Source: Candidatus Methylomirabilia bacterium
GTDB lineage: Bacteria > Methylomirabilota > Methylomirabilia > Rokubacteriales > CSP1-6
Direction of reading: 5' to 3'
Length of the DNA stretch: 31,051 nt
Assembly (NCBI GenBank): GCA_041492755.1
Contig: JBGPXN010000044.1
Location: forward strand, 1 to 31,051
The notes below the pieces were generated by a model. It was not told the DNA's origin. It worked only from the letters and a program-made list of their open reading frames with translations, and ran no database searches. The position numbers and the translations under genes were made by a program. This document shows, piece after piece, positions 26,265 through 31,051 of the stretch (its first letter is position 1; the number at the start of each line of letters is the position of its first letter).

Positions 26265-26298
26265 GGCTTCGCGGTCGGCCTTGGGTGGCTCTACGACG

Positions 26299-26339
26299 AA
26301 AAGCCCCTGTTTGACAGGGGTTTGCGAATCGGGTAGCAT
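26299..26339 (+). promoter_or_regulatory. Consensus sigma70 promoter of the DGQHR gene, overlapped by an inverted repeat
   Basis: TTGACA 26311-26316, 17-nt spacer, TAGCAT 26334-26339. Palindrome aaagcccctgt-ttg-acaggggttt spans 26300-26323. Confidence 0.8.
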
Positions 26340-26348
26340 TCCGGGACC

Positions 26349-27479
26349 ATGATCACGGTCCCGGCGCGACGGGTCAAACAGTTCGGCGTGGAGTTCTACC
26401 AGGCAGGGCTCTCGGCCAAGGATATCGACCGGCTCGTGAAGTTCGAGGTCCTCGGCTACTCGGGCGGTCCCGAAGCCGAGACGGCCAAGACCCGGGCCGG
26501 CGTGCGTTCACGGGTGAACTGGGACAGCCTGGAGAAGCGGATCAGCGAGAGCGAGACCGCCTACCAGCGCCCCGTCATCCGCCGCAAGATCGACGAGCTG
26601 GTCACGTACTACCGCGAGTGCAAGGACGCGGGGACGCTACCCGCCATTCCGGGCGCGGTCATCATCACCTCCGAGAAGCGGTTCACCTTCACGCAGATCG
26701 CCGGCCACCACGACCTCGGCCTCCTGCAGATCCCGGAAGAGCACGGCGTGCTGCGCGTGCTCGACGGCCAGCACCGCCTGCTCGCCCTGCACGCCCTCAG
26801 CCAGGCCGACGGCAACATGGCGATCGAGGTCCCGGCCGTGCTGTTCGACTCCCTCGACGCGCGGCAGATCGTCGAGCTCTTCGTCACGATCAACGCCAAG
26901 CACACGCGGCTGAACCCATCGCACATCATCAGCCTGGCCGGGCGCAAGCTCTATCCCGACCCCAACCAGGCCCTCGCCCACGACGTCATCCGCTCGCTGA
27001 ACGAGGACGATACGTCGCCGCTGCATGGCGAGATCAAGATGCTGGGCACGGGCCGCGGCCGGGTCAGCCAGGCGCCGCTGGCGGAAGAGATCGTCGATCT
27101 GCTGGAGACGGTGGAGAAGGTCGGCGGCGGCGCCAAGATCCAGGAACTGCGCTCGGGCGCCAAGCGCTTCTTCCTCAACTACGTGAAGGCGATCTCCACC
27201 ACCTTCCCGGCGGCGTGGGCCGGGCGGAAGTACTCCATCAAGACCGGCGCCGCCCTCCGCGCGTTCGTCCGCGTCACCCCCGACGTGATGGCGCGCGCGC
27301 GGGAGCTGCGCCGTGACCCGTTCGATGCGCACGCCATCCGCGAGGCGGTCAAGCCCTGGGGCGAACGGCTGCGCGACCGGCGTTTCGAGACCGAAGGTGA
27401 GTGGAAGCTGAAGCTCGCCGGCGGCACCCGCGGCACCGTCGAGATCCTGACCCGCGAGCTGCGCGACGCCATTCGATAG
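26349..27479 (+). CDS. DGQHR domain-containing protein (DndB-like, ParB/Srx superfamily)
   Basis: Motifs AYQR, IPGAVII, LRVLDGQHRLLAL, LFVTINAKHTRLNPS. Confidence 0.9.
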   Translation: MITVPARRVKQFGVEFYQAGLSAKDIDRLVKFEVLGYSGGPEAETAKTRAGVRSRVNWDSLEKRISESETAYQRPVIRRKIDELVTYYRECKDAGTLPAIPGAVIITSEKRFTFTQIAGHHDLGLLQIPEEHGVLRVLDGQHRLLALHALSQADGNMAIEVPAVLFDSLDARQIVELFVTINAKHTRLNPSHIISLAGRKLYPDPNQALAHDVIRSLNEDDTSPLHGEIKMLGTGRGRVSQAPLAEEIVDLLETVEKVGGGAKIQELRSGAKRFFLNYVKAISTTFPAAWAGRKYSIKTGAALRAFVRVTPDVMARARELRRDPFDAHAIREAVKPWGERLRDRRFETEGEWKLKLAGGTRGTVEILTRELRDAIR

Positions 27480-27494
27480 CGCCCGAGGCGGGCC

Positions 27495-27977
27495 CTACTC
27501 CTCCCACGCGAAGTTCGCTTCCAGGATGTCGTAGTTCTTCGTGCCGCCGGGCAACTGCGCGGTGACGCGGTCGCCGACCTTCTTGCCGATGAGCGTGCGG
27601 GACAGCGGGGACAGGATCGAGATCTTGCCCTTGGCCGGCTCCGCTTCGTCCGAGCCCACGATCCAGTAGCGCAGCTCGTTGCCGGCCTCGCCCTCCAGCT
27701 TCACCGTGGAGCCAAACGTGATGCGGTCACCGGAGCGCGGCGGATCGATCACCTCGGCGCCGTTGACCTTGCCCTCGAGGTCGTTGATCCGGCCCTCGAT
27801 GAAGCTCTGCCTCTCACGGGCCGCGTGGTACTCGGCGTTCTCCTTGAGATCGCCGTGCGCCCGCGCTTCGGCGATCGCCTTGATGATGGAGGGCCGCTCC
27901 TGCCGCTTGAGCCGGTCCAGCTCGGCGGACAGTCTCTCGTAGCTGACCCGGGTCATGGGCGTGCGCTGGATGGCCAT
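27495..27977 (-). CDS. greA: Transcription elongation factor GreA
   Basis: Motifs PMT...[45 protein letters not shown]. Confidence 0.96.
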   Translation of the reverse strand: MAIQRTPMTRVSYERLSAELDRLKRQERPSIIKAIAEARAHGDLKENAEYHAARERQSFIEGRINDLEGKVNGAEVIDPPRSGDRITFGSTVKLEGEAGNELRYWIVGSDEAEPAKGKISILSPLSRTLIGKKVGDRVTAQLPGGTKNYDILEANFAWEE

Positions 27978-28060
27978 GCGTGTACTCTACCCTCGCGCTC
28001 CGGGGCCATAAAGCCACCTTCGGATCGTAGGCGACGGATGGTGGCCGCGAGGCGGGCGAT

Positions 28061-29014
28061 CTACGGCTTCACCACCCGCACCGGCTGGCCCGCGAGCCAC
28101 GCCTTCACGTCCTCGAGCGCGTGGCCGTAGAAGATGCGGTAGGTCTCCTCCGTCACGTAACCGAGATGCGGTGTGATGACGGTGTTCGGGAGACTCCGGA
28201 GCGGATGGTCCAGGGGCAGCGGCTCTTCGTCGTACACGTCGAGCCCGGCCCCGGCAATCGTCCGCGCCCGCAGCGCGGCGACGAGAGCCGCCTCGTCCAC
28301 GATGGGGCCACGAGAGGTGTTGACGAGATAGGCCGTCCGCTTCATCTGCGAGAGCTCGCGGGCGCCGATCAGGCCGCGCGTGCGATCGCCCAGCACGAGA
28401 TGAACGCTGAGCACGTCGGAGCGGGCCAGGAGCTCGTCCTTGCCGACCAGCGTCGCGCCCACCTCGGCCGCGCGCGCCGCGGTGAGGTTCTGGCTCCAGG
28501 CGATCACCTCCATCTCGAACGCGCGGCCGACCTTGGCCACACGCGAGCCGAGCCCGCCGAGGCCGAGCACGCCGAGCGTCTTGCCGTTGAGCCCGAGTCC
28601 GCAGCTCACCTGCCACCGGCCTTCACGCGTCGCGCGGTCTTCGCCGGGAATCTGGCGGAAGAGGGCCAGGATGAGTCCCCAGGTCAGCTCAGCCGTGGGA
28701 TACGGCAGTCCCGCCGTCCCGCACACCACGACGCCGCGCTCCACCGCCGCGCCGACGTCGATGGACGCGTTGCGCATGCCCGTCGTGATCAGGAGCTTGA
28801 GCTTCGGCAGCCGTTCGAGGAGCGCGCGGGGAAACGGCGTGCGCTCCCGCATGGCGATCACCACCTCGAAGTCGGCGAGCCGCTTGGCGAGCGGTTCCAC
28901 GTCGGCGAGATGGTCACGGAACACCACGAGATCGGTCCCGGCGGGAAGACTCGCCCAGTCGGCCATGCGGCCGGCGACGTCCTGATAGTCGTCCAGGATT
29001 GCGACACGACTCAT
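28061..29014 (-). CDS. D-2-hydroxyacid dehydrogenase family protein
   Basis: Motifs MSRVAILDDYQ, MRERT, GMRNASID, LGVLGLGGLG, VNTSRGPIVDE, LDVYDEEPLP, TPHLGY. SD AAGGAG upstream. Confidence 0.93.
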   Translation of the reverse strand: MSRVAILDDYQDVAGRMADWASLPAGTDLVVFRDHLADVEPLAKRLADFEVVIAMRERTPFPRALLERLPKLKLLITTGMRNASIDVGAAVERGVVVCGTAGLPYPTAELTWGLILALFRQIPGEDRATREGRWQVSCGLGLNGKTLGVLGLGGLGSRVAKVGRAFEMEVIAWSQNLTAARAAEVGATLVGKDELLARSDVLSVHLVLGDRTRGLIGARELSQMKRTAYLVNTSRGPIVDEAALVAALRARTIAGAGLDVYDEEPLPLDHPLRSLPNTVITPHLGYVTEETYRIFYGHALEDVKAWLAGQPVRVVKP

Positions 29015-29070
29015 GCTCGGCTCCTTCGGCGGTGAAGAATCACGCGCGGCGCCCCGTGGTCGTTGAAACG

Positions 29071-30063
29071 TCAGCGAATGTCGTCGCCCCAGCGGTATTC
29101 CAGCGTCAACTCGTCCAGCCGCGCCTTGAGGCCGCCGTCGAGGCCCTTGTCGACGGCGGCCACCACGTCGTCGAGCTGCTCGGGGCGGGTGGCGCCGACG
29201 ATCGGTGACGTGATGAGGGGATTCGCCAGCACCCACGCGACGGCCATCTGAGCCATCGACATGCCCGCCTCGGCGGCCAGCGGCCGGAGCGCCTCCACCG
29301 TCGCCAGCTCGCGCTCGTGCCAGTAGCGCTCCCGGTAGGTCGGCCCCGCCGTCGCGTGGGTGAACCGCGTGCCCGGCAGCGGGCCGGCGTCGCGACGGTG
29401 CTTGCCGGAGAGCAGGCCGCCGGCGATCGGGTTGTACGGGATCACCCCCAGTCCTTCCTCCGCGCAGAGCGGAAGCAGCTCGCGCTCCACCTGGCGGAAG
29501 AGGAGGTTGTAGCGGGGCTGCACGCATTCGAATCGCGCCCGGCCCCGGAGCTCGCTGCGCCCGAGCGCGCGCGCCACCTGATACGCGTAATAGTTCGAGC
29601 AGCCGACATAACGGGCTTTCCCGGCGCGGACGATGTCGTCGAGAGCGCGCAGGGTCTCGTCCATCGGCGTCGCGGGATCGGGATGGTGGAGCTGGTAGAC
29701 GTCGACGTAATCCGTGCGGAGCCGGCGCAGTGAGCCCTCGATCGCGTCGAGGACGTGCTTGCGTGAGAGGCCACGGTCCCACGGCCGGGCGCCCATGGCC
29801 CCGAAGCATTTGGTCGCGATCACGAAGTCGTGACGGCGTCCTTGCATCCAGCGGCCGAGGATCTCTTCCGTGCGGCCCGCGGTCTCGAGGCCGCCGCCCT
29901 GAGGGTAGACGTCGGACGTGTCGAGGAAGGTGATTCCGCCGGCGGCGGCCCGATCGAGGATGGCCACGGCGGTGGGTTCGTCGCACTGCAGGCCAAAGGT
30001 CATGGTGCCGAGGCAGAGCCGGGAGACGGGAAGGCCGGTGCGACCCAGGCGGACGTGCTGCAT
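29071..30063 (-). CDS. Aldo/keto reductase
   Basis: Motifs MQHVRLGRTGLPVSRLCLGTMTFG, FLDTSDVY, IATK, SLRRLRTDYVDVYQLH, QPRYNLL. SD AAGGAG upstream. Confidence 0.93.
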   Translation of the reverse strand: MQHVRLGRTGLPVSRLCLGTMTFGLQCDEPTAVAILDRAAAGGITFLDTSDVYPQGGGLETAGRTEEILGRWMQGRRHDFVIATKCFGAMGARPWDRGLSRKHVLDAIEGSLRRLRTDYVDVYQLHHPDPATPMDETLRALDDIVRAGKARYVGCSNYYAYQVARALGRSELRGRARFECVQPRYNLLFRQVERELLPLCAEEGLGVIPYNPIAGGLLSGKHRRDAGPLPGTRFTHATAGPTYRERYWHERELATVEALRPLAAEAGMSMAQMAVAWVLANPLITSPIVGATRPEQLDDVVAAVDKGLDGGLKARLDELTLEYRWGDDIR

Positions 30064-30083
30064 CGCGGACTCCTTGCGCGCGG

Positions 30084-31004
30084 TCAGTAGCGGATGCCCT
30101 GCTCGTCGAGGAACTGTAGCATCGCCCGCCGGCATTCTTCGGGCTTCTGAATCTGCAGCAAATGGCCGGTGCCCGGGATGACCTCGTACGCGTATCCGAA
30201 GTCCTCGGCGAGCGCCCGATTGGCGAGCGCGGGCCCGGGCGCGCCGCGGGCATCGGGATCGGCGGCGACGAGCTTGACCGGACCGCCGTAGGCATCGGCC
30301 GGCGGCCAGAGGTTGAGCGTCATCGCTTGCAGGTAGATCGACGCCTCCAGCTCGCGGGGACAGGCGAGCTCCCACTCCCCGGTGCTCTCGTCATGGCGCA
30401 GCACGGCCCGCGCCATCCGCGCGTGCGCGCCGGGCACCCACGTGCTGTGCGCGCGCGTCTCGGCGTACTGGCGGGCGAGGTCGGTTGGATTCGCGAAGCG
30501 TTCCTGGCGCGCCATCGCCCAGTCCGCGAGCCGGTGCTCGAACACGTCCATCGTCTCGTAGACACGGTGGCCCGGCGGCGGCACGTTCGGTGGATCGAAG
30601 AGGATCAACGCCTCCCACGGAAAGCCGAGCTCGATCGCGTGCTTCATCGCCGTGCGCGCCGACATGGAGTGGAACGCGCCGACGGACGGCTTACGGCCGA
30701 GCCGCGCCTGCACTCCGCGCACGACGCGCTCGAGATCGAGCACCATCTGCGCATAGGTGTGCCCGTCCCGGCCGGAGCTCGCGCGCGGGTTCTGGCCATG
30801 GTTGCGAACGTCGAACGCGATGATCTCGAACCGCTCGGCAAGCGGTCCCCAGAACGGGTAATAGCCGTCGATCGCGAAGCCGTTGCCGTTGGAGACGAAG
30901 AGGCGGACGCCGTCAGGCTGTCCATGCCGGCGGACCCGGATGATCGCGCCGTCACCCATGACGACGTCGAAGGTCTCCTCCGGGACGGGCACCTGGACGT
31001 CCAT
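30084..31004 (-). CDS. Alpha/beta hydrolase fold protein
   Basis: Motifs NGNGF, FDVRNHG, AFHSMSA (nucleophile-elbow variant), LFDPP, GTGHLLQIQKP. Confidence 0.85.
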   Translation of the reverse strand: MDVQVPVPEETFDVVMGDGAIIRVRRHGQPDGVRLFVSNGNGFAIDGYYPFWGPLAERFEIIAFDVRNHGQNPRASSGRDGHTYAQMVLDLERVVRGVQARLGRKPSVGAFHSMSARTAMKHAIELGFPWEALILFDPPNVPPPGHRVYETMDVFEHRLADWAMARQERFANPTDLARQYAETRAHSTWVPGAHARMARAVLRHDESTGEWELACPRELEASIYLQAMTLNLWPPADAYGGPVKLVAADPDARGAPGPALANRALAEDFGYAYEVIPGTGHLLQIQKPEECRRAMLQFLDEQGIRY

Positions 31005-31051
31005 GCCACGGCATCCTACCCGGCCGGGGCGTTCCGTGCCCCGTTCCCGTA

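Noticed and set aside
23643..26339. 898-aa ORF suggesting a giant CitE fusion
   Set aside because: Only the last ~300 aa (from ATG 24545) are CitE-like. The rest overlaps the MaoC gene in another frame and is antisense to lhgO.
28061..30295. 744-aa ORF suggesting an extended dehydrogenase
   Set aside because: The real gene starts at ATG 29014 with an SD. The upstream part is an off-frame overlap with the aldo-keto reductase.

Overview
A GC-rich bacterial chromosomal window of mostly housekeeping and metabolic genes. Gene content and style suggest a soil lineage such as Ca. Rokubacteria/Methylomirabilota; this is inference only. It encodes two form II CoxL/xanthine-dehydrogenase-type large subunits, dusB, ppa, greA, an lhgO-like oxidase, a lemA-TPM-TPM operon, several acyl-CoA enzymes (CaiB/BaiF CoA transferases, MaoC dehydratases, an acyl-CoA dehydrogenase pair, crotonase, CitE-like lyase), PLP enzymes, aldo-keto reductases and a C39-like peptidase. 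I found no tRNA, rRNA, CRISPR array, integrase or transposase. The most interesting unexplained signals are: (1) a ~450-nt multi-hairpin non-coding region (22030-22475) downstream of a clear sigma70 promoter, containing a 16-codon ORF with a perfect SD and lying next to a small Cys/His-rich protein and the C39-like peptidase; (2) a family of structured intergenic repeats (16060, 18162, 20487) with compensatory base changes; (3) a stand-alone DGQHR (DndB-like) gene with a palindrome over its -35 box; (4) pervasive leaderless-type promoters; and (5) an HEXXH-metalloprotease/DinB fusion with an internal start.
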